Below, piece after piece: positions 50,082 to 64,000 of a stretch of 64,000 bases of DNA. Numbering within the stretch: the stretch's first letter is position 1; every line of letters starts with the position of its first letter. A program made the translations under genes and the position numbers. The notes below the pieces were generated by a model. It saw nothing but the letters and a program-made list of their open reading frames with translations. It made no database searches and was not told the origin of the DNA. The DNA comes from Haliotis rufescens (Eukaryota), in NCBI RefSeq assembly GCF_023055435.1, contig NW_025963857.1:23312001-23376000 (forward strand), read 5' to 3'.

Positions 50082-53000
50082 TTTGAGTATCTATTGAGTA
50101 ACGGGAAAATCATTGTCAAGAAAGGTAAAATAGCATGTTATCGTTACTCATCTGGTAAATTCAGTTCACACCACTCATTGTGAATTATGTTATCAGTTTT
50201 GCTTTCACCCGCATTCATATATTTCTCAATTTACAAGAACGTCTTATGTTACATATTCGGACTTTTATGAATTGGCTCAACATAAAGATTGAAAACAGCC
50301 TGATGCGCAGCAGATGAATCAAAAATTAAAAGTATACATATATATCACAAGCAAAATTTAAATTAGTACTTGCAGTTTGGTCTTTACTCGTATCTGTGTC
50401 TCAACGGCAGGTGAAGATAAGAGATGATGGAACAGTTTCCCCCGTCCTTTATATATACCATTTGTGAATTATACGTGATTGATTTACCTTGGGCTGGCCA
50501 CTTCCAGGTAAGTAACGCACCTCAGCTTAATGGTGTAAAGTAAGCATTCTTTTCGCATCAAAGGGCCCGAGGTTATCACCCTACGGGTACACATGCGAGC
50601 TGGTATCCATGAACATCGATTAAGGAAGTACAAGACAACGTATATAAAGGTGGCAAACAGACACACTCTCTCTGGCATCGTCTAACTGCATTTCAAACAG
50701 TCCTCGATACTCAATGTTTAACCTATATTATTTAGGGGCGGTCGGGTAGCCTAGTGGTTAAAGCGTTCGCTCGTTACGCCGAAGACACGGGTTCGATTTC
50801 CGACATGGGTACAATGTGTGTAGCCCATTGCTGGTGTCCCCCGCCGTGATATTGCTGGAAAATTGCTAAAAGCGGCGTAAAACCATACTCACTCACTCAC
50901 TTTAACCTATATTAAGTAAATATTCGATAATGGTCTGAAAAGTGTGTATTCAGTAAATATATGATGTGGGAGCAACATACATCAGACATTATAATGCATC
51001 TGTGTGATACGACATAACATGAGACCAGAAAACTGACGCAACACACCAGTACAGCCTCGCCACAGTACAGCAGTAGCACTGTACCACACGGGGTCAACTA
51101 TGCTAACCGTTTCCGTGTAATACAGCAGCCTGCTCACAAGAAAATAGCTTCTGCTGAATATACTGCAGAAGTCCCCAGATACTACATTATTCTCCCCGAA
51201 TTTTATTTATCTTACTGCACAATAACTATAAACTACAACAGCTTTATTTCCTAACTGAAAGGGACATATATTGGTTTCTTCTCACAAAGGGACTGTCACT
51301 ATGAATACTCACAACAACGTTTTATGTGTGTAGTATCTGTTAAAAGCCGAAAGTACACCAGTGTCTTCTGAAAACATGATTGACATATGAACAACAGCTT
51401 GTTTTCTCGTCTTTGATGACTTGTCTTTGTATGTGTTTGTGACGGTGGAACCGATGGGGCAGGATACGCTTACTTTTTGGCAACCGCCCGGTATCATCAC
51501 TATCTGGTTGGTTAGTTGGTTGGTTGGTTGTTTAACGCCGCACTCAGCAATATTCCTGCTATTATATGACGGCGGTCTGTAAATAATCGAGTCTGGACCA
51601 GACAATCCATTGATTAAAATCATTAGCATCGATCCACGCAATTAGGATCGATGACATGCATCAACCAAGTCAGCGAGCCTGACCACCCGATCCCGTTAGT
51701 CGCCTTTTACGACAAGCATAGTCACCTTTTACGGCAAGCATGGGTTGCTGAAGACCTATTCTACCCCGGAATCCACTATCTGATAGTCATTCATACGCAC
51801 ATGCTGTGATCATTATAGTCGGAATCGTACAATGGCCTCTGCTTCGAGCAGAGCTTTCGAATGATTCTGAAAAGGGTTTTGTGGCGTTTATTTGCAACTG
51901 CGTTTCTTGAGAGAACTCTCTTATCTTCAACATATCATCTTGATAATTGTACACTTCATTATCAAGGAATTTGTGATAATACGAGCATCACTAAATTTGA
52001 TATCTCAATTTTTATAGATAACGCCTGAATATTGATATAATAATCATTCAATGATGACCCTTTAACTACATAAATCGTCAACGCCAGAGAATATTCAGGC
52101 TCGATTATCTGTTGAAACAGATTTCATTGGGTGTAAAAGGCAGGATTGTGCTAAAATGTATACTGAATATCAGTGATGTCACCAGGTGTTAGTGAATAGT
52201 TCATATTTGTTGGATGTTTCATGAGCTCCTCCGTCCGTTCCATCGTGTGCCAAATTGGGAGAATGTTGTCTTTTGACAATGTCTCAGCCATTCATACTTT
52301 TGCATATATACTTAATCACTGTTGCAAATAACTCACGTTAACGTGTTTTAATCTTCGGCTGAGTCTTAGGTCGTAAACATTAGAAGAAAGTAAAGAAATC
52401 GTCTCTACCCTTTACGTATGCCCTTGACGTCGACATGATGAAGCAGTAGTGATAGTGATGATTGTGTTCTTTTAAGGCGTGTTTAGACCAAAACTCTTAC
52501 CAAGAATAAAACACGCGCAAATCAGTTTGACAATGTGTAACTATATAAGGGTTGCCCAGAAAAACCGTACATCTAAAAGTAAAGACGTGTGTTTTCAGAA
52601 GAAAATGCTCTTAAAGTATAACACAAAGGTGTTTTCAAAGATAGACATGATCAAACGACTTGTTTTTACAGTCTGGTTGTTGTTATAAAGACTTATGACA
52701 CGCTTTAAAGTTGGACCATTTATTCCGCTGAATTTCACTCTCTACAGTTACCAAATGCAATCTCCTTTGTATTGATAAATGATTGTCACTTCTGCTTTGT
52801 AATCAAACAATAGGGATATATTAGCTATTTGTTTGTTCATTGTAATCTTCAATCCTACCAATCCAGTTCGGAATCTTCAAATTCGCGCTCTGATTTAATC
52901 AATATGTATTTTACAAATAGCGCCTACAGGGAAGGTGGTTAGTAAACACACAACTAAATATCTATATAGATACTTCTCCTATTAGTTACATAAGCAGTAT

Positions 53001-53931
53001 GCAAAATGTTAAATTGCATCATCAAATCAAGAAGTACATGTTTGATGGAAATTACAAATAATTCGTAGTTTGATAAGCTATACCCGGACAAGCGTATTTA
53101 ATAGTTACTTTTGAATTCAATCGTTTTGTTTGTGTAATTGATAAACTGTAAAGATATGTTATTGTCATGGAAATTCCAACTGTATGCATTCCCTTCTAAC
53201 CAAAGCAGTAAGAATCTTGCAACATTTGTTTTGATGCTCTACATCACTATGGCTTTCGGGTTTGTTTTATTGCAGCAGCTCAGATATTATTTATACAAAG
53301 CGCCATAACAACATGTAGATTGTATTCTGAATACAACTTTCGCTCATTTTCAAGGACAGCGCACACATTTGCATTTCAATACAGTGCACACTGTCTACCC
53401 CTTGATACCGTCAATGACTGCTTTGACAAAAATTGACACGCCTGCTTATTTGTTTCGCTGCATGTTTTTAAAATGCAAATTGAAATACAGACAGCCAATT
53501 CCAGATATTATGGTACTTCAAATGGCCATCAAACCCTTTCCTGGCAGCCCAAATGATACATTCCCGTGAAACATGAACTCGGGTAAGTGACATTTGGTGG
53601 GAGATATATCAAGCATAAAATCCCTCCTCTTATCATCATGTCCGGTTTCCTCAGGAACTTAATAGCACATTTCAGTAGTTGATATCTTACCTAGCAGTAA
53701 AACGCAATATCATTGAAGTGTGCTTGGATATTGGTCGACAACACGTACTATGTCCAGAGTTTACAATATGGAGAAACATAGATCACTCTTCCATTGTGAA
53801 CATTCAATTCAGATTAAGATTTTCAAACAAATTTCAAGGCGTAAATAAATATGACAAGATTTTATTGAACCAATTCCATTGGTTTGAGAAAATACATAAA
53901 TAGCCAGCATCACACTGCAGGTGATAATAAC

Positions 53932-54554
53932 TCAATAATAGCCGATACCTGAAACAAAAAAATAGTAGAATAAAGTTGGGATGTATGGATAAGTCACAAC
54001 GAAGTCTTGAAACTAGCTGCATGATAAACTATACCAAATATTAGAGAAAGCAGAGAATAGTTTTAAAGATGTTTTGTAAATGTCATCAGCTTTGTCGCGG
54101 AAAATAGTAATACCACATAGGTAAATTATGCAATTTTGCAAACGAGACTGGAGGTACATTTACGGATACGATAAACAAATGATATCATATTTTGTGAAAT
54201 ACCTTTTCCCAATCCAATTCCGTATCCTCCCATTCCGTAGAGACCACCATAGCCCCCGAGTCCTCCGTACAGACCTCCCATGCCGTATCCGTATTTGCCT
54301 CCGTATAGACCTCCCATGCCTCCGTATAGACCTCCCATGCCTCCGTATAGACCTCCATAGCCTCCAAGACCTCCAAGGCCTCCAAGACCTCCAAGGCCTC
54401 CAAGACCTCCAAGGCCTCCGTACAATCCACCCATTCCGTAGCCAATTCCGCCCAGTCCTCCTTTCAACCCGCCAATTCCACCATACAGACCGGTAGGCTC
54501 GGCAAAGGCGGTAACAGCCAGGCAGGCAACAAGAGCGGCGACTATCTTCATCAT
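53932..54554 (-). CDS. Secreted Gly/Leu/Tyr-rich protein copy 6, 122 aa (I21T, +LGGLGG); join(53932..53948,54203..54554)
   Basis: In-frame 18-bp repeat expansion; splice sites intact. Confidence 0.88.
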
Positions 54555-57500
54555 TTTGAGTATCTATTGAGTAACGGGAAAATCATTGTCAAGAAAGGTA
54601 AAATAGCATGTTATCGTTACTCATCTGGTAAATTCAGTTCACACCACTCATTGTGAATTATGTTATCAGTTTTGCTTTCACCCGCATTCATATATTTCTC
54701 AATTTACAAGAACGTCTTATGTTACATATTCGGACTTTTATGAATTGGCTCAACATAAAGATTGAAAACAGCCTGATGCGCAGCAGATGAATCAAAAATT
54801 AAAAGTATACATATATATCACAAGCAAAATTTCAATTAGTACTTGCAGTTTGGTCTTTACTCGTATCTGTGTCTCAACGGCAGGTGAAGATAAGAGATGA
54901 TGGAACAGTTTCCCCCGTCCTTTATATATACCATTTGTGAATTATACGTGATTGATTTACCTTGGGCTGGCCACTTCCAGGTAAGTAACGCACCTCAGCT
55001 TAATGGTGTAAAGTAAGCATTCTTTTCGCATCAAAGGGCCCGAGGTTATCACCCTACGGGTACACATGCGAGCTGGTATTCATGAACATCGATTAAGGAA
55101 GTACAAGACAACGTATATAAAGGTGGCAAACAGACACACTCTCTCTGGCATCGTCTAACTGCATTTCAAACAGTCCTCGATACTCAATGTTTAACCTATA
55201 TTATTTAGGGGCGGTCGGGTAGCCTAGTGGTTAAAGCGTTCGCTCGTTACGCCGAAGACACGGGTTCGATTTCCGACATGGGTACAATGTGTGTAGCCCA
55301 TTGCTGGTGTCCCCCGCCGTGATATTGCTGGAAAATTGCTAAAAGCGGCGTAAAACCATACTCACTCACTCACTTTAACCTATATTAAGTGAATATTCGA
55401 TAATGGTCTGAAAAGTGTGTATTCAGTAAATATATGATGTGGGAGCAACATACATCAGACATTATAATGCATCTGTGTGATACGACATAACATGAGACCA
55501 GAAAACTGACGCAACACACCAGTACAGCCTCGCCACAGTACAGCAGTAGCACTGTACCACACGGGGTCAACTATGCTAACCGTTTCCGTGTAATACAGCA
55601 GCCTGCTCACAAGAAAATAGCTTCTGCTGAATATACTGCAGAAGTCCCCAGATACTACATTATTCTCCCCGAATTTTATTTATCTTACTGCACAATAACT
55701 ATAAACTACAACAGCTTTATTTCCTAACTGAAAGGGACATATATTGGTTTCTTCTCACAAAGGGACTGTCACTATGAATACTCACAACAACGTTTTATGT
55801 GTGTAGTATCTGTTAAAAGCCGAAAGTACACCAGTGTCTTTTGAAAACATGATTGACATATGAACAACAGCTTGTTTTCTCGTCTTTGATGACTTGTCTT
55901 TGTATGTGTTTGTGACGGTGGAACCGATGGGGCAGGATACGCTTACTTTTTGGCAACCGCCCGGTATCATCACTATCTGGTTGGTTAGTTGGTTGGTTGG
56001 TTGTTTAACGCCGCACTCAGCAATATTCCTGCTATTATATGACGGCGGTCTGTAAATAATCGAGTCTGGACCAGACAATCCATTGATTAAAATCATTAGC
56101 ATCGATCCACGCAATTAGGATCGATGACATGCATCAACCAAGTCAGCGAGCCTGACCACCCGATCCCGTTAGTCGCCTTTTACGACAAGCATAGTCACCT
56201 TTTACGGCAAGCATGGGTTGCTGAAGACCTATTCTACCCCGGAATCCACTATCTGATAGTCATTCATACGCACATGCTGTGATCATTATAGTCGGAATCG
56301 TACAATGGCCTCTGCTTCGAGCAGAGCTTTCGAATGATTCTGAAAAGGGTTTTGTGGCGTTTATTTGCAACTGCGTTTCTTGAGAGAACTCTCTTATCTT
56401 CAACATATCATCTTGATAATTGTACACTTCATTATCAAGGAATTTGTGATAATACGAGCATCACTAAATTTGATATCTCAATTTCTATAGATAACGCCTG
56501 AATATTGATATAATAATCATTCAATGATGACCCTTTAACTACATAAATCGTCAACGCCAGAGAATATTCAGGCTCGATTATCTGTTGAAACAGATTTCAT
56601 TGGGTGTAAAAGGCAAGATTGTGCTAAAATGTATACTGAATATCAGTGATGTCACCAGGTGTTAGTGAATAGTTCATATTTGTTGGATGTTTCATGAGCT
56701 CCTCCGTCCGTTCCATCGTGTGCCAAATTGGGAGAATGTTGTCTTTTGACAATGTCTCAGCCATTCATACTTTTGCATATATACTTAATCACTGTTGCAA
56801 ATAACTCACGTTAACGTGTTTTAATCTTCGGCTGAGTCTTAGGTCGTAAACATTAGAAGAAAGTAAAGAAATCGTCTCTACCCTTTACGTATGCCCTTGA
56901 CGTCGACATGATGAGGCAGTAGTGATAGTGATGATTGTGTTCTTTTAAGGCGTGTTTAGACCAAAACTCTTACCAAGAATAAAACACGCGCAAATCAGTT
57001 TGACAATGTGTAACTATATAAGGGTTGCCCAGAAAAACCGTACATCTAAAAGTAAAGACGTGTGTTTTCAGAAGAAAATGCTCTTAAAGTATAACACAAA
57101 GGTGTTTTCAAAGATAGACATGATCAAACGACTTGTTTTTACAGTCTGGTTGTTGTTATAAAGACTTATGACACGCTTTAAAGTTGGACCATTTATTCCG
57201 CTGAATTTCACTCTCTACAGTTACCAAATGCAATCTCCTTTGTATTGATAAATGATTGTCACTTCTGCTTTGTAATCAAACAATAGGGATATATTAGCTA
57301 TTTGTTTGTTCATTGTAATCTTCAATCCTACCAATCCAGTTCGGAATCTTCAAATTCGCGCTCTGATTTAATCAATATGTATTTTACAAATAGCGCCTAC
57401 AGGGAAGGTGGTTAGTAAACACACAACTAAATATCTATATAGATACTTCTCCTATTAATTACATAAGCAGTATGCAAAATGTTAAATTGCATCATCAAAT

Positions 57501-58404
57501 CAAGAAGTACATGTTTGATGGAAATTACAAATAATTCGTAGTTTGATAAGCTATACCCGGACAAGCGTATTTAATAGTTACTTTTGAATTCAATCGTTTT
57601 GTTTGTGTAATTGATAAACTGTAAAGATATGTTATTGTCATGGAAATTCCAACTGTATGCATTCCCTTCTAACCAAAGCAGTAAGAATCTTGCAACATTT
57701 GTTTTGATGCTCTACATCACTATGGCTTTCGGGTTTGTTTTATTGCAGCAGCTCAGATATTATTTATACAAAGCGCCATAACAACATGTAGATTGTATTC
57801 TGAATACAACTTTCGCTCATTTTCAAGGACAGCGCACACATTTGCATTTCAATACAGTGCACACTGTCTACCCCTTGATACCGTCAATGACTGCTTTGAC
57901 AAAAATTGACACGCCTGCTTATTTGTTTCGCTGCATGTTTTTAAAATGCAAATTGAAATACAGACAGCCAATTCCAGATATTATGGTACTTCAAATGGCC
58001 ATCAAACCCTTTCCTGGCAGCCCAAATGATACATTCCCGTGAAACATGAACTCGGGTAAGTGACATTTGGTGGGAGATATATCAAGCATAAAATCCCTCC
58101 TCTTATCATCATGTCCGGTTTCCTCAGGAACTTAATAGCACTTTTCAGTAGTTGATATCTTAGCTAGCAGTAAAACGCAATATCATTGAAGTGTGCTTGG
58201 ATATTGGTCGACAACACGTACTATGTCCAGAGTTTACAATATGAAGAAACATTGATCACTCTTCCATTGTGAACATTCAATTCAGATTAAGATTTTCAAA
58301 CAAATTTCAAGGCGTAAATAAATATGACAAGATTTTATTGAACCAGTTCCATTGGTTTGAGAAAATACATAAATAGCCAGCATCACACTGCAGGTGATAA
58401 TAAC

Positions 58405-59009
58405 TCAATAATAGCCGATACCTGAAACAAAAAAATAGTAGAATAAAGTTGGGATGTATGGATAAGTCACAACGAAGTCTTGAAACTAGCTGCATGATAA
58501 ACTATACCAAATATTAGAGAAAGCAGAGAATAGTTTTAAAGATGTTTTGTAAATGTCATCAGCTTTGTCGCGGAAAATAGTAATACCACATAGGTAAATT
58601 ATGCAATTTTGCAAACGAGACTGGAGGTACATTTACGGATACGATAAACAAATGATATCATATTTTGTGAAATACCTTTTCCCAATCCAATTCCGTATCC
58701 TCCCATTCCGTAGAGACCACCATAGCCCCCGAGTCCTCCGTACAGACCTCCCATGCCGTATCCGTATTTGCCTCCGTATAGACCTCCCATGCCTCCGTAT
58801 AGACCTCCCATGCCTCCGTATAGACCTCCATAGCCTCCAAGACCTCCAAGGCCTCCAAGACCTCCAAGGCCTCCGTACAATCCACCCATTCCGTAGCCAA
58901 TTCCGCCCAGTCCTCCTTTCAACCCGCCAATTCCACCATACAGACCGGTAGGCTCGGCAAAGGCGGTAACAGCCAGGCAGGCAACAAGAGCGGCGACTAT
59001 CTTCATCAT
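58405..59009 (-). CDS. Secreted Gly/Leu/Tyr-rich protein copy 7, 116 aa (I21T); join(58405..58421,58676..59009)
   Basis: Same protein as copy 5. Confidence 0.88.
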
Positions 59010-62000
59010 TTTGAGTATCTATTGAGTAACGGGAAAATCATTGTCAAGAAAGGTAAAATAGCATGTTATCGTTACTCATCTGGTAAATTCAGTTCACACC
59101 ACTCATTGTGAATTATGTTATCAGTTTTGCTTTCACCCGCATTCATATATTTCTCAATTTACAAGAACGTCTTATGTTACATATTCGGACTTTTATGAAT
59201 TGGCTCAACATAAAGATTGAAAACAGCCTGATGCGCAGCAGATGAATCAAAAATTAAAAGTATACATATATATCACAAGCAAAATTTAAATTAGTACTTG
59301 CAGTTTGGTCTTTACTCGTATCTGTGTCTCAACGGCAGGTGAAGATAAGAGATGATGGAACAGTTTCCCCCGTCCTTTATATATACCATTTGTGAATTAT
59401 ACGTGATTGATTTACCTTGGGCTGGCCACTTCCAGGTAAGTAACGCACCTCAGCTTAATGGTGTAAAGTAAGCATTCTTTTCGCATCAAAGGGCCCGAGG
59501 TTATCACCCTACGGGTACACATGCGAGCTGGTATCCATGAACATCGATTAAGGAAGTACAAGACAACGTATATAAAGGTGGCAAACAGACACACTCTCTC
59601 TGGCATCGTCTAACTGCATTTCAAACAGTCCTCGATACTCAATGTTTAACCTATATTATTTAGGGGCGGTCGGGTAGCCTAGTGGTTAAAGCGTTCGCTC
59701 GTTACGCCGAAGACACGGGTTCGATTTCCGACATGGGTACAATGTGTGTAGCCCATTGCTGGTGTCCCCCGCCGTGATATTGCTGGAAAATTGCTAAAAG
59801 CGGCGTAAAACCATACTCACTCACTCACTTTAACCTATATTAAGTAAATATTCGATAATGGTCTGAAAAGTGTGTATTCAGTAAATATATGATGTGGGAG
59901 CAACATACATCAGACATTATAATGCATCTGTGTGATACGACATAACATGAGACCAGAAAACTGACGCAACACACCAGTACAGCCTCGCCACAGTACAGCA
60001 GTAGCACTGTACCACACGGGGTCAACTATGCTAACCGTTTCCGTGTAATACAGCAGCCTGCTCACAAGAAAATAGCTTCTGCTGAATATACTGCAGAAGT
60101 CCCCAGATACTACATTATTCTCCCCGAATTTTATTTATCTTACTGCACAATAACTATAAACTACAACAGCTTTATTTCCTAACTGAAAGGGACATATATT
60201 GGTTTCTTCTCACAAAGGGACTGTCACTATGAATACTCACAACAACGTTTTATGTGTGTAGTATCTGTTAAAAGCCGAAAGTACACCAGTGTCTTCTGAA
60301 AACATGATTGACATATGAACAACAGCTTGTTTTCTCGTCTTTGATGACTTGTCTTTGTATGTGTTTGTGACGGTGGAACCGATGGGGCAGGATACGCTTA
60401 CTTTTTGGCAACCGCCCGGTATCATCACTATCTGGTTGGTTAGTTGGTTGGTTGGTTGTTTAACGCCGCACTCAGCAATATTCCTGCTATTATATGACGG
60501 CGGTCTGTAAATAATCGAGTCTGGACCAGACAATCCATTGATTAAAATCATTAGCATCGATCCACGCAATTAGGATCGATGACATGCATCAACCAAGTCA
60601 GCGAGCCTGACCACCCGATCCCGTTAGTCGCCTTTTACGACAAGCATAGTCACCTTTTACGGCAAGCATGGGTTGCTGAAGACCTATTCTACCCCGGAAT
60701 CCACTATCTGATAGTCATTCATACGCACATGCTGTGATCATTATAGTCGGAATCGTACAATGGCCTCTGCTTCGAGCAGAGCTTTCGAATGATTCTGAAA
60801 AGGGTTTTGTGGCGTTTATTTGCAACTGCGTTTCTTGAGAGAACTCTCTTATCTTCAACATATCATCTTGATAATTGTACACTTCATTATCAAGGAATTT
60901 GTGATAATACGAGCATCACTAAATTTGATATCTCAATTTTTATAGATAACGCCTGAATATTGATATAATAATCATTCAATGATGACCCTTTAACTACATA
61001 AATCGTCAACGCCAGAGAATATTCAGGCTCGATTATCTGTTGAAACAGATTTCATTGGGTGTAAAAGGCAGGATTGTGCTAAAATGTATACTGAATATCA
61101 GTGATGTCACCAGGTGTTAGTGAATAGTTCATATTTGTTGGATGTTTCATGAGCTCCTCCGTCCGTTCCATCGTGTGCCAAATTGGGAGAATGTTGTCTT
61201 TTGACAATGTCTCAGCCATTCATACTTTTGCATATATACTTAATCACTGTTGCAAATAACTCACGTTAACGTGTTTTAATCTTCGGCTGAGTCTTAGGTC
61301 GTAAACATTAGAAGAAAGTAAAGAAATCGTCTCTACCCTTTACGTATGCCCTTGACGTCGACATGATGAAGCAGTAGTGATAGTGATGATTGTGTTCTTT
61401 TAAGGCGTGTTTAGACCAAAACTCTTACCAAGAATAAAACACGCGCAAATCAGTTTGACAATGTGTAACTATATAAGGGTTGCCCAGAAAAACCGTACAT
61501 CTAAAAGTAAAGACGTGTGTTTTCAGAAGAAAATGCTCTTAAAGTATAACACAAAGGTGTTTTCAAAGATAGACATGATCAAACGACTTGTTTTTACAGT
61601 CTGGTTGTTGTTATAAAGACTTATGACACGCTTTAAAGTTGGACCATTTATTCCGCTGAATTTCACTCTCTACAGTTACCAAATGCAATCTCCTTTGTAT
61701 TGATAAATGATTGTCACTTCTGCTTTGTAATCAAACAATAGGGATATATTAGCTATTTGTTTGTTCATTGTAATCTTCAATCCTACCAATCCAGTTCGGA
61801 ATCTTCAAATTCGCGCTCTGATTTAATCAATATGTATTTTACAAATAGCGCCTACAGGGAAGGTGGTTAGTAAACACACAACTAAATATCTATATAGATA
61901 CTTCTCCTATTAGTTACATAAGCAGTATGCAAAATGTTAAATTGCATCATCAAATCAAGAAGTACATGTTTGATGGAAATTACAAATAATTCGTAGTTTG

Positions 62001-62859
62001 ATAAGCTATACCCGGACAAGCGTATTTAATAGTTACTTTTGAATTCAATCGTTTTGTTTGTGTAATTGATAAACTGTAAAGATATGTTATTGTCATGGAA
62101 ATTCCAACTGTATGCATTCCCTTCTAACCAAAGCAGTAAGAATCTTGCAACATTTGTTTTGATGCTCTACATCACTATGGCTTTCGGGTTTGTTTTATTG
62201 CAGCAGCTCAGATATTATTTATACAAAGCGCCATAACAACATGTAGATTGTATTCTGAATACAACTTTCGCTCATTTTCAAGGACAGCGCACACATTTGC
62301 ATTTCAATACAGTGCACACTGTCTACCCCTTGATACCGTCAATGACTGCTTTGACAAAAATTGACACGCCTGCTTATTTGTTTCGCTGCATGTTTTTAAA
62401 ATGCAAATTGAAATACAGACAGCCAATTCCAGATATTATGGTACTTCAAATGGCCATCAAACCCTTTCCTGGCAGCCCAAATGATACATTCCCGTGAAAC
62501 ATGAACTCGGGTAAGTGACATTTGGTGGGAGATATATCAAGCATAAAATCCCTCCTCTTATCATCATGTCCGGTTTCCTCAGGAACTTAATAGCACATTT
62601 CAGTAGTTGATATCTTACCTAGCAGTAAAACGCAATATCATTGAAGTGTGCTTGGATATTGGTCGACAACACGTACTATGTCCAGAGTTTACAATATGGA
62701 GAAACATAGATCACTCTTCCATTGTGAACATTCAATTCAGATTAAGATTTTCAAACAAATTTCAAGGCGTAAATAAATATGACAAGATTTTATTGAACCA
62801 ATTCCATTGGTTTGAGAAAATACATAAATAGCCAGCATCACACTGCAGGTGATAATAAC

Positions 62860-63464
62860 TCAATAATAGCCGATACCTGAAACAAAAAAATAGTAGAATA
62901 AAGTTGGGATGTATGGATAAGTCACAACGAAGTCTTGAAACTAGCTGCATGATAAACTATACCAAATATTAGAGAAAGCAGAGAATAGTTTTAAAGATGT
63001 TTTGTAAATGTCATCAGCTTTGTCGCGGAAAATAGTAATACCACATAGGTAAATTATGCAATTTTGCAAACGAGACTGGAGGTACATTTACGGATACGAT
63101 AAACAAATGATATCATATTTTGTGAAATACCTTTTCCCAATCCAATTCCGTATCCTCCCATTCCGTAGAGACCACCATAGCCCCCGAGTCCTCCGTACAG
63201 ACCTCCCATGCCGTATCCGTATTTGCCTCCGTATAGACCTCCCATGCCTCCGTATAGACCTCCCATGCCTCCGTATAGACCTCCATAGCCTCCAAGACCT
63301 CCAAGGCCTCCAAGACCTCCAAGGCCTCCGTACAATCCACCCATTCCGTAGCCAATTCCGCCCAGTCCTCCTTTCAACCCGCCAATTCCACCATACAGAC
63401 CGATAGGCTCGGCAAAGGCGGTAACAGCCAGGCAGGCAACAAGAGCGGCGACTATCTTCATCAT
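62860..63464 (-). CDS. Secreted Gly/Leu/Tyr-rich protein copy 8, 116 aa; join(62860..62876,63131..63464)
   Basis: Same protein as copy 2. Confidence 0.88.
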
Positions 63465-64000
63465 TTTGAGTATCTATTGAGTAACGGGAAAATCATTGTC
63501 AAGAAAGGTAAAATAGCATGTTATCGTTACTCATCTGGTAAATTCAGTTCACACCACTCATTGTGAATTATGTTATCAGTTTTGCTTTCACCCGCATTCA
63601 TATATTTCTCAATTTACAAGAACGTCTTATGTTACATATTCGGACTTTTATGAATTGGCTCAACATAAAGATTGAAAACAGCCTGATGCGCAGCAGATGA
63701 ATAAAAAATTAAAAGTATACATATATATCACAAGCAAAATTTAAATTAGTACTTGCAGTTTGGTCTTTACTCGTATCTGTGTCTCAACGGCAGGTGAAGA
63801 TAAGAGATGATGGAACAGTTTCCCCCGTCCTTTATATATACCATTTGTGAATTATACGTGATTGATTTACCTTGGGCTGGCCACTTCCAGGTAAGTAACG
63901 CACCTCAGCTTAATGGTGTAAAGTAAGCATTCTTTTCGCATCAAAGGGCCCGAGGTTATCACCCTACGGGTACACATGCGAGCTGGTATTCATGAACATC

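Larger units (their letters stand above)
31088..64000. repeat. Tandem gene array of ~4,455-bp units (starts 31088, 35521, 39976, 44431, 48886, 53341, 57814, 62269; last unit partial)
   Basis: Same sequence and ORF set recurs at offsets 4433, 4455, 4455, 4455, 4455, 4473, 4455. Confidence 0.99.

Overview
AT-rich, repeat-dense animal genomic DNA. The SINE types and genes suggest a mollusc, possibly a gastropod such as abalone (inference only). The left half (1-31 kb) holds a complete six-exon, minus-strand gene for a divergent non-alpha nicotinic-receptor-like Cys-loop channel (410 aa, reconstructed from phase-consistent GT-AG sites). It sits among at least four SINE families, Penelope-like fragments (one with a hammerhead-like motif), MITEs, hAT-like remnants and a degraded APE-RT LINE. 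A pseudogene fragment of a paralogous channel lies at about 30.4-31.07 kb. The right half (31.09-64 kb, running off the window) is a head-to-tail array of near-identical 4,455-bp units, seven complete plus one partial. Each unit carries an intact, spliced, TATA-preceded gene for a small secreted protein made almost only of Gly/Leu/Tyr/Met/Ile (GGLY/GGY repeats). Its true C-terminus is ...GKGIGYY, from a 17-nt last coding exon missed by the ORF track. This amplified gene array is the most notable system. A headless SINE with a fixed, pseudoknot-forming 5' end is the most notable non-coding signal.
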